DNA from: Pristiophorus japonicus
Taxonomy: Eukaryota
NCBI RefSeq assembly: GCF_044704955.1
Contig: NC_091989.1
Span: 104,284,001 to 104,348,000, forward strand
Direction of reading: 5' to 3'
Length of the DNA: 64,000 nucleotides
The notes under the pieces are model-generated. The model was not told where the DNA came from. It saw nothing but the letters and a program-made list of their open reading frames with translations, and did no database searches. Positions 26,201 to 40,254 of this stretch are shown piece after piece. Both the position numbers and the translations under genes were made by a program. Position 1 is the stretch's first letter. Each line of letters opens with the position of its first letter.

Positions 26201-29178
26201 CTGTTGGGGAGGAGTTAAACTAATATGGCAGGGGGTTGGGAATCTATGAAGGGAGGCAGAGGGAAATAAAAGGGAGACAGAGACAAAAGATAGAAAAGAG
26301 AATAGTAAAAGTGGAGGGCAGAGAAACCCAAGGCAAAAATCAAAAAGGGCCACATTAAAGCAAAATTCTAAAGGGGCAAGGTGTGTTAAAAAGACAAGCC
26401 TGAAGGCTCTATGCCTCAATGCGAGGAGTATTCGGAATAAGGTGGACGAATTAACTGCGCAGATAGCAGTTAATGGATACGATGTAATTGGCATCACAGA
26501 GACATGGCTCCAGGGTGACCAAGGCTGGGAAATCCAGGGGTATTCAGCATTTAGGAAGAATAGACAGAGAGGAAAAGGAGGCGGGGAGGCGTTGCTGGTC
26601 AAAGAAGAAATTAATGCAATAGTAAGGAAGGACATTGGCTTGATGTGGAATCGGTATGGGTGGAGCTGCGAAATACCAAAGGGCAGAAAACGCTGGTGGG
26701 AGTTGTGTACAGGCCACCAAACAGTAGTAGTGAGGTTGGGAAAGCATAAAAAAAGAAATAAGGGATGTATGCAATAAAGGTACAGCAGTTATCATGGGCG
26801 ACTTTAATTTATATATAGATTGGGTTAACCAAACTGGTAGCAATGCGGTGGAGGAGGATTTCCTAGAGAGTGTATTAGGGATGCTTTTTTTGACCAATAT
26901 GTGGAGGAACCGACTAGCGAGCTGGCCATCCTAGACAGGGTGATGTGTAATGAGAAGGGACTAATTAGCAATCTTGTTGTGCGAGGCCCCTTGGGGAAGA
27001 GTGACCATAATACGGTAGACTTCTTTACTAAGATTGACAGTGACACAGTTAATTCAGAAACTAGGGTCCTGAACTTAAGGAAAGCTAACTTTGATGATAT
27101 GAGGCGTGAATTGGCTAGAATAGACTGGCAAATGATACTTAAAGGGTTGACGGTGGATAGGCAATGGCAAATATTTATAGATCACATAGATGAACTTCAA
27201 CAGTTGTACATCCCTGTCTTGAGTAAAAATAAAACAGGGAAGGTGGCTCAACCGTGGCTAACAAGGGAAATTAAGGATAGTGTTAAATCCAAGGAAGAGG
27301 CATTTAAATTGGCCAGAAAAAGTAGTAAGCCTGAGGACTTAGAATTCAGCAGAGGAGGACAAAGTGTTTAATTAGGAGGGGGAAAATAAAGCATGAGAGG
27401 AAGCTTGCCAGGAACATAAAAACTGACTGCAAAAGCTTCTATAGATATGTGAAGAGAAAAAGATTGGTGAAAACAAACGTAGGTCCCTTGCAGTCAGACT
27501 CAGGTGAATTAATAATGGAGAACAAAGAAAGTGAACAAATACTTTAATTCTGTCTTCACGAAGGAAGACACAAATGACCTTCCGGATATACTCGGGGACC
27601 GAGGGTCTAGTGAGAAGGAGGAACTGAAGGATATCCTTATTAGGTGGGAAATTGTGGTGGGGAAATTGATGGGATTGAAGGCCGATAAATCCCCAGGGCC
27701 TGATTGTCTGCATCCCAGACTTAAGGAGGTGGCCCTAGAACTAGTGGATGCATTGGTAATTATTTTCCAACAGTCTATCGACTCTGGATCAGTTCCTATG
27801 GACTGGAGGGTAGCTAATGTAACACCACTTTTGAAAAAAGGAGGGAGAGAGAAAACAGGTAATTATAGACTGATTAGCCTGATATCAGTAGTGGGGAAAA
27901 TGTTGGAATCTATTATTAAGGATGAAATAGCAGCACATTTAGAAAGTGGTGACAGGATCGATCCAAGTCAGCATGGATTTATGAAACGGAAATCTTGCTT
28001 GACCAATCTTCTGGAATTTTTTGAGGATGTAACTAGTAGAGTGGACAAGGGAGAACCAGTGGATGTGGTGTATTTGGACTTTCAAAAGGCCTTTGACAAG
28101 CTACCACATAAGAGATTGATGTACAAGATCAAGGCACATGGTATTGCGGGTAATGTACTGGCGTGGATAGAGAATTGGTTGGCAGGCAGGAAGCAGAGAG
28201 TCGGGATAAACTGGTTATTTTTGGAATGGGAGGCAGTAACTAGTGGAGTACTGCAGGGCTCAGCGCTGGGACCCCAGCTCTTCACAAGATACATTAATGA
28301 TTTGGATGAAGGAATTGAGGGTAATATCTCCAAGTTTGCGGATGACACTAAGCTGGGTGGCAGTGTGAGCTGTGAGGAGGATGCTAAGAGGTTGCAGGGT
28401 GATTTGGACAGGTTAGGAGAGTGGGCAAATGCATGGCAGATGCAGTATAATGTGGATAAATGTGAGGTTATTCACATTGGTGGCAAAAACACGAAGGCAG
28501 AATATTATCTGAATGGCAGCAGATTAGGAAAAGGTGAGGTGCAACGAGACCTGGGTGTCATGGTTCATCAGTCATTGAAAGTTGGCATGCAGGTACAGCA
28601 GGCGGTGAAGAAGGCAAATGGCATATTGGCCTTCATAGCTAGGGGATTTGAGTATAGGAGCAGGGAGGTCTTACTGCAGTTGTACAAGGCTTTGGTGAGG
28701 CCTCACCTGGAATATTGTGTTCAGTTTTGGTCTCCTAATCTGAGGAAGGACGTTCTTGCTATTGAGGGAGTGAAACGAAGGTTCACCAGTCTGATTCTCG
28801 GGATGGCTGAACTGACATATGAGAAGAGACTGGATCAACTGGGCCTTTATACAATGGAGTTTAGAATGATGAGAAGGGATCTCATAGAAACGTATAATAT
28901 TCTGATGGGACAGTACAGGTTAGATGCGGGAAGAATGTTCCCGATGTTGGGGAAGTCCAGAAATAGGGGACACAGTTTTAGGATAAGGGGTCGGCCATTT
29001 TTAGGACTGAGATGAGGAGAAACTTTTTCACTCAGAGAATTGTTAACCTGTGGAATTCCCTGCCGCAGAGAGTCATTGATGCCAGTTCATTGGATATATT
29101 CAAGAGGGAGTTAGATGTGGCCCTTACGACTAAAATGATTAAGCGGTATGGAGAGAAAGCGGGAAAGGGGTACTGAGG
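26201..29178 (+). mobile_element. CR1 LINE (ORF1 end through RT and partial 3' UTR)
   Basis: EN fragments at 26442-27371 and a 494-aa RT ORF at 27531-29015. Confidence 0.95.
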
Positions 29179-29179
29179 T

Positions 29180-31129
29180 GAAATTTAGAACTCAGCAGAG
29201 GAGGACAAAGGGTTTGATTAGGGCAGGGAAAATGGAGTACGAGAAGAAGCTTGCAGGGAACATTAAGGTGGATTGCAAAAGTTTCTATAGGTATGTAAAG
29301 AGAAAAAGGTTAGTAAAGACAAACGTAGGTCCCCTGCAGTCAGAATCAGGGGAAGTCATAACGGGGAACAAAGAAATGGCAGACCAATTGAACAAGTACT
29401 TTGGTTCGGTATTCACTAAGGAGGATACAAACAACCTTCCGGATATAAAAGGGGTCAGAGGGTCTAGTAAGGAGGGGGAACTGAGGGAAATCTTTATTAG
29501 TCGGGAAATTGTGTTGGGGAAATTGATGGGATTGAAGGCCGATAAATCCCCAGGGCCTGATGGACTGCATCCCAGAGTACTTAAGGAGGTGGCCTTGGAA
29601 ATAGCGGATGCATTGACAGTCATTTTCCAACATTACATTGACTCTGGATCAGTTCCTATGGAGTGGAGGGTAGCCAATGTAACCCCACTTTTTAAAAAAG
29701 GAGGGAGAGAGAAAACAGGGAATTATAGACCGGTCAGCCTGACCTCAGTAGTGGGTAAAATGATGGAATCAATTATTAAGGATGTCATAGCAGTGCATCT
29801 GGAAAATGGTGACATGATAGGTCCAAGTCAGCATGGATTTGTGAAAGGGAAATCATGCTTGACAAATCTTCTGGAATTTTTTGAGGATGTTTCCAGTAAA
29901 GTGGACAAAGGAGAACCAGTTGATGTGGTATATTTGGACTTTCAGAAGGCTTTCGACAAGGTCCCACACAAGAGATTAATGTGCAAAGTTAAAGCACATG
30001 GGATTGGGGGTAGTGTGCTGACGTGGATTGAGAACTGGTTGTCAGACAGGAAGCAAAGAGTAGGAGTAAACGGGTACTTTTCAGAATGGCAGGCAGTGAC
30101 TAGTGGAGTGCCGCAAGGTTCTGTGCTGGGGCCCCAGCTGTTTACACTGTACATTAATGATTTAGACGAGGGGATTAAATGCAGTATCTCCAAATTTGCG
30201 GATGATACTAAGTTGGGTGGCAGTGTGAGCTGCGAGGAGGATGCTATTAGGCTGCAGAGTGACTTGGATAGGTTAGGTGAGTGGGCAAATGCATGGCAGA
30301 TGAAGTATAATGTGGATAAATGTGAGGTTATCCACTTTGGTGGTAAAAACAGAGAGACAGACTATTATCTGAATGGTGACAGATTAGGAAAAGGGAAGGT
30401 GCAACGAGACCTGGGTGTCATGGTACATCAGTCATTGAAGGTTAGCATGCAGGTACAGCAGGCGGTTAAGAAAGCAAATGGCATGTTGGCCTTCATAGCG
30501 AGGGGATTTGAATACAGGGGCAGGGAGGTGTTGCTACAGTTGTACAGGGCCTTGGTGAGGCCACACCTGGAGTATTGTGTACAGTTTTGGTCTCCTAACT
30601 TGAGGAAGGACATTCTTGCTATTGAGGGAGTGTAGCGAAGGTTCACCAGACTGATTCCCGGGATGGCGGGACTGACATATCAAGAAAGATTGGATCAACT
30701 GGGCTTGTATTCACTGGAGTTCAGAAGAATGAGAGGGGACCTCATAGAAACGTTTAAAATTCTGACGGGTTTAGACAGGTTAGATGCAGAAAGAATGTTC
30801 CCAATGTTGGGGAAGTCCAGAACCAGGGGTCACAGTCTGAGGATAAGGGGTAAGCCATTTAGGACCGAGATGAGGAGAAACTTCTTCACCCAGAGAGTGG
30901 TGAACCTGTGGAATTCTCTACCACAGAAAGTAGTTGAAGCCAATTCACTAAATATATTCAAATGGAGTTAGATGAAGTCCTTACTACTCGGGGGATCAAG
31001 GGTTATGGCGAGAAAGCAGGAAGGGGGTACTGAAGTTTCATGTTCAGCCATGAACTCATTGAATGGCGGTGCAGGCTAGAAGGGCTGAATGGCCTGCTCC
31101 TGCACCTATTTTCTATGTTTCTATGTTTC
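29180..31129 (+). mobile_element. Young 5'-truncated CR1 LINE
   Basis: The RT is open to 30635 (CAG>TAG), then continues to the tail TTTCTATGTTTCTATGTTTC. Confidence 0.95.
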
Positions 31130-31424
31130 ATAAAAAATTATTTTAAGTGCTTGAGTGTTTTGGGTGATCCTCATTCATAGAGTATGCTGGGTTCCATATA
31201 TCCGGAATTAATGGGGATCCCCCTACTTGAATTGGTTGGGCCTGCCCACGTGATCCCAGGAACATGTACAAAGTGCTAAAGTCCCTGTAATATGTGGGCC
31301 TCTATGCAGGCCTTCGCATAGATGCCCAGGACAACAAGTCTCCGAAACTCCCTGACTATCAGGTATATTCATAGAAATTCTTCAGGACGGAGATATCCGG
31401 CTGCAATTGCTGGGCCATTGTTTT

Positions 31425-33300
31425 ATTTGAATTAAGAACTTGAAAGTAGATCGAGTAGCCAGGCCAGATGATATCCACCCGAGGGTCTTCCGGGAGATGG
31501 GACATGTGCTGTGTAAGCACTGGCCTTTATGTTTAATAGCTCACTGCACTCTGGAATAGTTTATATAAACTGGAAGCCTGCTAAAGCAGTTCCCATCTTC
31601 AAAAAGGTGACAAGATAGATGCAGGTAACTATAGGCCCATTAATTTAACATCAGTAATAGCAATATTTTTGAAGGAATCTTTGGGGATGCTACGTATGCA
31701 TACTTGGATAGAGAGGGACATATTAGGGACACCCAACATGTCTTCATAAAAAACGAGTTCCTCTACTGCAAATCTAATTCTACTTTTTGAGGAAGTTACA
31801 AAGTTGGTGGATGAAGGAAGTCCAGTAGACATGGTCAACGTAGATTTTCCAAAGATATTTTGATAAGGTACCGCATAAGAGGCTTCTCTATAAGATCGGA
31901 GCCTCTTGTATTAGAGGTAGTATCTTGAGCTGGATTCAGAACTGGTGGGCAGGACATAGTCAAAAGATGGTTATAGATGGATTTGCATCTGATTGGAGAG
32001 CAGTCACCAGTGGTGTCCCACGGGGATCAACGTTGAGTCCATTGGTCTATGCTATTTATATTAACGATCTGGATGTAGGTGTTGGGGTCACAATATGCAA
32101 ATTTGTAGATGATACCAATATCTGTGCAAGTTTTCAAACTGTAGATTATGCTTGTCTCCTTTAGATAGGTCTTAATGCGTTAGGAGATTGGGTGCAACAC
32201 TGGAAAATGGAGGACGAAATTGCCCATTTTTATAGCCCCATTTGCACCCGCAGCGAAGACATCATCGCCGTGTGCGTCAACCCCTCACCACCCCATGCCG
32301 ACCCTTTAATGCCCCACGAGCCTTGAGGATGGCATGGGCGGTTCTCAGCGCCAACTTCACAGGTGGCGAAGCTGGCAGACATCCACACTCGGGGGTCTGA
32401 GTGAAGGGGGAGGTATGAGGATCCAGGCCGCCATCTTTTTTCATCAGCCAGCTCTCAGGTCAGCTCGACAAAGGTGGATCTCGCATGCCGCTATCTCGCA
32501 GCCTGGTACTCCACCTTGGGTACTGGGCTGCTGGCCCAGTCGAGCATTGCCCTGGTGGCCTAGTTGATGCCATTAGAGGCCGTGCAGAGTATGCAGCAGC
32601 CCTCCCTTTTAATCGAAGGGGAAGGGCATTGAAGCACATTAGCACTTCGTGCAGCATCTGCGTAGTGCTTGATTCACCATCCCAGTAGTAATACGAGACC
32701 CATCCCTGAAGGAAGCAGAGTGCTGGAGTTTGCACTCCGCTTTCTTTCAGGGGTGGTAAGGGCAATTCCTAGTTGGGGGCAGGAGTCCCAGCGCTAAAAG
32801 TCCTGGCCTTAGAATATTAATGCCCCCAATCAGGGTGCGGGGCAATTTTGCCCCAAAGATGTATAACTTAGATAAGCACAGTGTTATGCACGGGGGTAGG
32901 CTGGGCAAATGCTCAACATTCATACAATTTCAGGGAAAGACATTAAAGGTGGTGGAGACAGAATAAGAGTTTGGCATTCTCGTGCATGCATCCTTAAAGT
33001 TACATTCGCAATGCTGTGTAGCAATATCTAGCGCAAATAAGGGGTTTAGGTGTATACATAGGACAATTGAGTAGAAGACGAGGCATAATGTTTTCATCTC
33101 ATACAAGATGTCAATCAGACCGCACTTGGAATTGGTTTTGGTTTCCGCACATGGTGGATGATATTGAGTCTTTGGAAAGGGCACAGAGGAGGGATACTAA
33201 ATTAGTTCCCAGTCTAAAGCATCTTAGTTCTAAAAATAGGCTAAAAGAGTTGGGACTCTATCCTTTGAGTAGCATAGCCTTACGGGCAATCTGAGTGAAG
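31425..33300 (+). mobile_element. Old degenerate CR1 RT fragment, split by a MITE
   Basis: GPDDIHPRV, FDKVPH, SGVPRGS and KFVDDT lie before 32208; YNLDK and ESLERAQRR lie after 32855. Confidence 0.85.
32208..32855. mobile_element. MITE-like DNA element with inverted termini
   Basis: Termini TGGAGGACGAAATTGCCC and GGGCAATTTTGCCCCA. It interrupts the CR1 RT between the W-K-M and Y-N-L-D-K codons. Confidence 0.75.
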
Positions 33301-33316
33301 TTATGAAAATAATGCA

Positions 33317-33700
33317 GTACCTCACACTTCTCCGAATTTTATTCCGCTTGCCACTGTTCTGCCCACTTGATCAGTTCTTTCATACTTCCCTGCAGTCTCC
33401 AGCTTTCTTCTTCATTATCAACCAGACAGCCAATTTTTGTATCATTTGCAAACTTCTTAATACTACCCCCTATATTCAAGTCCAGATCTTGATATATACC
33501 ACAAAAAGCAAGGGACCTAGTACTGAGCCCTGTGGAACCCCACTGGAAACAGCCTTCCAGTAACAAAAATACCCATCAACCATTATTCTTTGCTTCCTAC
33601 TTCTGAGCCAATTTTGGATCCAATGTGCCACTTTGCCTTGGATCCCATGGGCTTTTACTTTCATGACCAGTTTGCCATGTGGGTTCTTATCAAAAGCCTG
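33317..33700 (-). mobile_element. CR1 RT fragment
   Basis: Encodes [32 protein letters not shown]. Confidence 0.9.
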
Positions 33701-34439
33701 TTTCTATATTTGTAACTCGTGTTGATCTGGAATTGCATGGTATTCAGATGCGAATATCTGATCCAGTTGTGATTACTATGCTGATGGTTAGGAGCTTCTG
33801 GGCTCTGATGCATTAACCTGGTGTGGGATATTGATTGATTATACTTACCAATGTTTGTTGATAAAAGATGTGATGGCACAACAATGAAATCCGTCTTCCA
33901 TGATTATGTCTGATTTTTTTAGCCATGCATGCAATTAAGTAACCTCTATCGTAACTTCTCCTTCATCATTCTGACCAAGGAGCTCAGGCAATCTTGGGCC
34001 AGAAGGAATGGGTGATGGCTAAACATAAATAAGACTCTGGTAGATTAGAAGAAGAATCAAGGGTTAATGGCCGACCCCACAGTGAATGTAAAGAGTATCT
34101 GAATCCCACTGAGAGCCATCCATATGTACAGGCTGCAATTGACTTACTGCTAGAGTTAATGTAATCCATCAAGGATGATTCAGGGTGAATTCACCAATAT
34201 GGCTGGTAAAGTAACCAGATGGCAGTTGTCAATTAAGAATATATTAAAGGAAACACCTCCGTAAGCACCCATTGCTAAAGATTCATGCAAAAGGACGGTC
34301 CAGATCATTTCAACCAACCCCAACTCCAATGAACATAAGAACATAAGAAATAGGAGCTGGAGTAGGCCATACAGCCCCTCGAGCCTGCTCCACCATTTAA
34401 TATGATCATGGCTGATCTGATCATGGACTCAGGTCTACC

Positions 34440-34652
34440 ATCATCATAGGCAGTCCCTCGGAATCGAGAAGGTTTGCTTCCACTCCAAAAATGTGTTCTT
34501 AGGTGACTGAACAGTCCAATACGAGAATTACATTCTTGTCACAGACAGTTATTGAGGGAAAGGGTGGGTGGGACTGGTTTGCCGCAAGCTCCTTCCGCAG
34601 CCTGCACTTGGTTTCTGCATGCACTCGGTGATGAGACTCGAGTTGCTCAGCG
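34440..34652 (-). mobile_element. RTE 3' end fragment inside a minus-strand CR1
   Basis: TCATCATAGGCAGTCCCTCGGAATCGAG matches the RTE end at 2908. Confidence 0.85.
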
Positions 34653-34972
34653 CTGCTGTCAAGCCCCCTCAGAAACTTATATATTTGAATAAGATCACCT
34701 CTCATTCTTATAAACGCCAATCAATATAGCCCCAACTTGCTCAGCCTTTCTTCATCAGACAACCCAGTCAACCTAGTGAACCTTCTCTGAACTGCCTCCA
34801 ATACAAGTACATCCCCCCTTAAATGAGACCAAAACTGAAAGCCTTACTCCAGGTGTGGTCTCACCAGCACCCTGTAAATTTTAGCAAGACATCCCGATTT
34901 TATACTTCATCTCCCTTGCAATAAATGGCAACATTCAATTTGCCTAATTACTTGCTGTACCTGCATGCTAAC

Positions 34973-37900
34973 TGTTATGTATTTAACCCTTTGCAACCTG
35001 TATCACACCACCACCAGAGGGCCTTGGGAGCACTGTATATAAACAGGCCACCCACGATGTACCTGGAATCTTATTTAAGGAGCTAAGGTCACACTTGCTC
35101 ATTGTTCACAGTACTTAGTTTCATCGTTTATTATGAGTGTATCAATTGTGTTTGAGGTAACGAACAACCATGTGGAAATGCATACAAAAGTTGGTATCCT
35201 GGAGAAGTTTTCAGAAGGGGATGATTGGGAGGCCTTCATGGAGAGACTCAACCAATACTTTGTGGCTAACGAGCTGGAAGGGGACGAGAACGCTGCCAAA
35301 TGAAGGACGATTCTCCTTGCAATCTGTGGGGCAACAACCTATGGCCTCATGAAGAATCTTCTAGCTCCAGTAAAAACAGCAACCAAATCCTATGAAGAAT
35401 TGTGTACGCTGCTCCGGGAGCACCTAAATCATAAGGAAAACATTTTGATGGTGAGATATCTGTTCTACACGTGTCAACAGTTGGAGGACCAGGAAGTGAC
35501 AAGCTATGTTGCCGAACTAATGCGCCTCACAGGACATTGCGAATTTGAGGGATTCCTAGAACAAATGCTGAGAGATTTTTGTACTGGGCATTGGCCATGA
35601 GGTGATCCTTCACAAACTGTTGACTGTTGAAACTCTGAATCAAAGCAAAGCCATAATGATAGCCCAGGCATTTATGTCCACCAGCGACAACACCAAACAG
35701 ATTTCACTGAGTAAAGAGGTTTAGGCCAGTACTGTGCAGAAAGTAACGTCATTTTCGAGCAGGAATATACATGGCAGTACATACACACCGGCTGTTCCTG
35801 CATGACATCAGATGGCCTAGAGTCCACCATCAATCATTAATGCGAGGCAGTTAACATCTTATTGGCGTTGTGGAGGTGATCATCGGGCCCATCATTGCTG
35901 CTTCAAGCACTATGCGTGCAATGGCTGCAGAACAATGGGACACCTCCAGCGAATGTGCAGGCGAGCTGCAAACCCTGCAAACCAGCATGTTGCAGAGGAA
36001 GATCGATCCACTGTGGATCAGGGTGAATTAGAGACTCGTACCGAGGAGGCAGAAGTGTACGGGGTACACACATTCATCACGAAATGTCCACCAATAATGT
36101 TGAAAGTTGAACTGAACGGAATTCCAGCAGCTATGGAACTGGACACGGATGCGAATCAGTCCATAATGAGCAAAAAGGCCTTCGACAGGCTGTGGTGCAA
36201 CAAGGCACACAGGCCCAAGCTCAGCCCCATTCATACCAAACTAAGGACTTACACCAAGGAACTAATCCATGTAATTGGCAGTGCAGAAGTCAAACTCTCC
36301 TATGATGGAGCAGTACATGAACTCCCGCTGTGGATCATGCCATGGGATGGCCCCACACTGTTTGCCAGAAGCCATGTGCCTTGGTTCTGAGCAGCTTTCC
36401 ATCATTGTTCGAGCCAGGCATTGGAAGCTTCTTGGGGGTGAAAGTGCAGATCCACTTGGGTCCCGGTACATGACCCATCCACCACAAGGCACGGGCGGTA
36501 CCATATATGATGTGTGAGAAAGTGGAAATTGAGCTGAACACGCTGCAGCAAGAAGGCATCATCGCGCTGGAGGAATTCAAAAATTGGGCCAGTCCGATTG
36601 TCCCGGTACTTAAAGAGGATGGCACGGCCAGAATTTGTGGAGACTATAAAGTAACGATTAACCATTTTTTGCTACAGGACCAGTACCCAAGGCAGACGAC
36701 CTATTTGTGACCCTGGCTGGAAGGAAGACATTCACCAATTTGGACCTGACCTCGGCCTACATGACGCAGGAGCTGGAGGAGTCTTCGAAAGGCCTTACCT
36801 ACATCAACACGGACAAAGGTCTGTTCATCGATAACAGATGCCTGTTCGGGATTCGGTCGGCCGCAGCAATCTTCCAACGGAACATGGAGAGCCTGCTAAA
36901 GTTGGTTCCTCGCACCGTGGTTTTCCAGAATGACATACTGGTTAGAGGTTGGGACACCATTGAGCAATTGAAGAATCTGGAAGAGGTTCTTAGTCGGTTG
37001 GATCACGTGGGACTCAGGTTGAAACGCTCGAAGTGTGTTTTTCTGGTGCCGGAGGTCGTGTTCTTGGGAAGAAGAATGGCAGCAGACAGCATCAAACCCA
37101 CCGACGCCAAGACGGAGACCATCAACAACGCACCGAGGCCACAGAACATGATGGAACTGCAGTCATTCCTAGGACTCCTAAACTATTTCGATAATTTCCT
37201 ACCCGGGTTAAGCACCCCGCTAGCACCCCTACATCTGCTACTGCACAAGGGAGACGACTGGATATGGGGTAATTCACAAGAGGCTGCTTTTGAGAAAGCT
37301 AGAAATCTGTTGCTTTCAAACAAACTGTTTGTCCTGTATAACCCATGTAAATGATTAGTACTAGCTTGCGATGCGTCATCATGTGGGGTCGGGTGTGTTA
37401 AACAGGCTAATGAATCGGAGATTTTGCAACTGGTCGCTTATGCATCCAGAAGTTTGTCCAAGGCCAAAGTGTGATTGAAAAAGAGCCACTGGCATGCATT
37501 TACGGGGTTAAAAAAATGCACGAGTACTTGTTTGGGCTCAAGTTTGAGCTTGAAAATGACCACAAGCCACTCATATCGCTGTTCACTGAGAGCAAAGGGA
37601 TTAAAATCAATGCCTCTGCCCACATCCAAAGATGGGCGCTCACGCTGTCGGCATACAACTATGTAATCCATCACAGACCAGGTACAGAGAACTGTGCTGA
37701 TGCTCTCAGTCAGCTACCATTGCCTACGACCAGGGTGGAAATGGCACCGCCTCCGGACTTGCTCATGGTAATGGATGCATTCGAAAATTAAAAAATCACC
37801 CGTTACAGTTCACCAGATCAGGACCTGGAGTAGCCGGGATCCTTTGTTGTCCTTGGTAAAAAAAAACTGTGCCCTCCATGGGAGCTGGTCCAGCATCACA

Positions 37901-39304
37901 GCAGAGATGCAGAAGGCGATTAAGCTGTTTCACAGGCGCAAAGACGAAATGTCCTTGCAGGCGGACTCCCTGTTGTGGGGTAATCGCGTGGTCTTGCCCA
38001 AGAAAGGCAGACATACGTTCATTTGTTAGCTGCACAGCACCCACCCAGGCATTGTAATGATGAAAGTCATAGCCAGATCCCATGTGTGGTGACCGGGCAT
38101 CGACTCAGGTTTAAAGTCATGCGTGCGCCAGTGCAACACTTGCTGTCAGCTGATCAATGCACCCAGAGAGGCACTGCTAAGTTTGTGGTCATTGCCCTCC
38201 AAACAATGGTTGAGGATCCACGTGGTCTATGCGGGCCCATTTCTAGGCAAAATGTTCTTCGTTGTCGTGGATGTTTATTCGAAATGGATTGAATGTGCAA
38301 TAATGTCTGTAAGCACGTCCACGGCTACCATCGAAAGCCTACGAGCCATGTTTGCCCCGCACAGCCTGCCTGATGTCCTCATCAGCGACAATGGGCCGTG
38401 CTTCACCGGTGCTGAATTCATGGAATTCATGACCCACAATGGGATCAAGCACATCACATCTGCCCCGTTCAAGCCTGCATCAAATGGCCAGGCAGAATGG
38501 GCAGTTCAGATCATCAAGCAAAGCTTGAAACACATGTCCCTGCAGACCCGACTGTCCCAAATACTGCACAGCTACGCACCAGACCCCACTCACTCACCGG
38601 GGTTCCCCCAGCCGAGCTGCTCATGAAAAGGGTGCTCAAAACAAGGTTCTCTCTTGTCCACCCAGATCTTCATGATCACGTGGAGGGCAGGCGGCACCAA
38701 CAAAGTATGTACCATGACCGCGCAAATTTGTCATGTGATATTGAGGTCAATGACCCTGTGTTTGTACTCAATTATGGATATGGTCCCAAATGCTCGCTGG
38801 CATAGTCATAGCCAAATAAGGGAGTAGGGTGTTTCAGGTCAAATTAGCCAATGGACAAACATGCAGAAAACATTTGGAACAAATCAAACTGCAGTTCACC
38901 AACAGCTATGAACAACCAAATGAAGACACAACCAACTGTGACCCTCCAACACACACACAAGTGGCAACCGACATCATGGTTGACCACAAAGCCAAACTCA
39001 CCATCCCCAGCAGCCTGTCAAGGCTGGCTGCCCAGCAGCCCAGTGAACAACTAACAAACTCACCCATACCCGCATTTGTACAAGGGAGTGATGTTATGTA
39101 TTTAACCCTTTGCAACCTGTATCACACCACCACCAGAGGGCCTACCTGTTAGAGTCCCAAAGGATCCAAGCATCCCTTGGGAGCACTGTATATAAGCAGG
39201 CCACCCACGAGGTACCTGGAATCTGGAGTCTTACTAAAGGAGCTAAGGTCACACTTACTCATTGTTCACAGTACTCAGTTTCATCCTTTATTGAGAGTGT
39301 ATCA
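34973..39304 (+). mobile_element. Complete but decayed Ty3/Gypsy LTR retrotransposon (Mag / K02A2.6-like)
   Basis: LTRs at 34973-35144 and 39092-39304 (TG..CA), with TSD CTAAC at 34968-34972 and 39305-39309. Gag, protease MELDT, RT RICGDYK..DLTSAY..FQND, RNase H LACDAS and integrase HVVYAGP..SDNG..SNGQAE are present. The host CR1 is continuous across the insertion. Confidence 0.95.
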
Positions 39305-39565
39305 CTAACATTTTGTGTTTCATGGATGAGGACCTGCAGATCCCTCTGTACTGCAGCATTTTATAGTCTCTCTCCATTTAAATAATAATTTGGTGTTTTC
39401 TTCCGACCAAAATGGATAACCTAACATTTTACCACATTATACTCCATCAGCTGAAGTATTGCCAGCTCACAACCTATCCATATCCCTTTGCAGATTCGTT
39501 GTGACCTCCTCAAAACTTGCGTGTCCACCTATCTTTGTATTATCAGCAAATTTGTCTACAGTACA

Positions 39566-40250
39566 TAAGAAAATAGGATCATAAAAAATAGGAGCAGGAG
39601 TAGGACACTTGGCCTCTCGAGCCTGCTCCGTCATTCAATAAGAACACGGTTGACCTGATCTTGGCCTCAACTCCACCTTCATGCCCGCTCCCATAACTCT
39701 TCACTTATCTGTAGTTCAAAAATCTGTCTATTTCCATCTTTAATATATTCAATAACCTAGCCTCCACAGCTCTCTGGGCTAGCGAATTCCAAAGGTAGAT
39801 GACCATCGGAGAGAAGAAATTCCTCCTCATCTCTGTTTTAATGGGTGACCGCATATTCTGAAACTATGCCCCCTAGTTCTAGATTCTCCCACGAGGGGAA
39901 ACATTCTCTCTGTATCTACCCTGACAAGCCCTCTCAGAATGTTATATGCTTCTATAAGATTACCTTTCATTCTTCTAAACTCAAATGAGTATAGGCCCAA
40001 CCTGCTCAATATTTCTTCATAATCAACCCCTTCATCTTATGAATCAGCCTAGTGAACCTTCTCTGAACAGCCTCCAATGCAAGTATATCCCTCGTTAAAT
40101 AAGGAGCCGAAAACTGTACACTCGCTTCCTGTATCCAAGTCATTAATAGAGATTGTAAATAGTTGAGGCCCCAGCACTGATCCCTGTGGCAACCCACTAA
40201 TTACAGTTTTCCAACCTGAAAATATCCCATTTCTTGTGTTCTTGTGTTCT
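39566..40250 (-). mobile_element. CR1 3' fragment with internal deletion
   Basis: CATAAGA-type tail. Encodes GLYSFEFRRMKG and [13 protein letters not shown]. Confidence 0.85.
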
Positions 40251-40254
40251 ACAA

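Noticed and set aside
29148-30635. 495-aa ORF as an intact or domesticated gene
   Set aside because: Its start is chimeric across two CR1 copies, it lacks the endonuclease, and it ends at a CAG>TAG lesion. It is simply a young 5'-truncated LINE.
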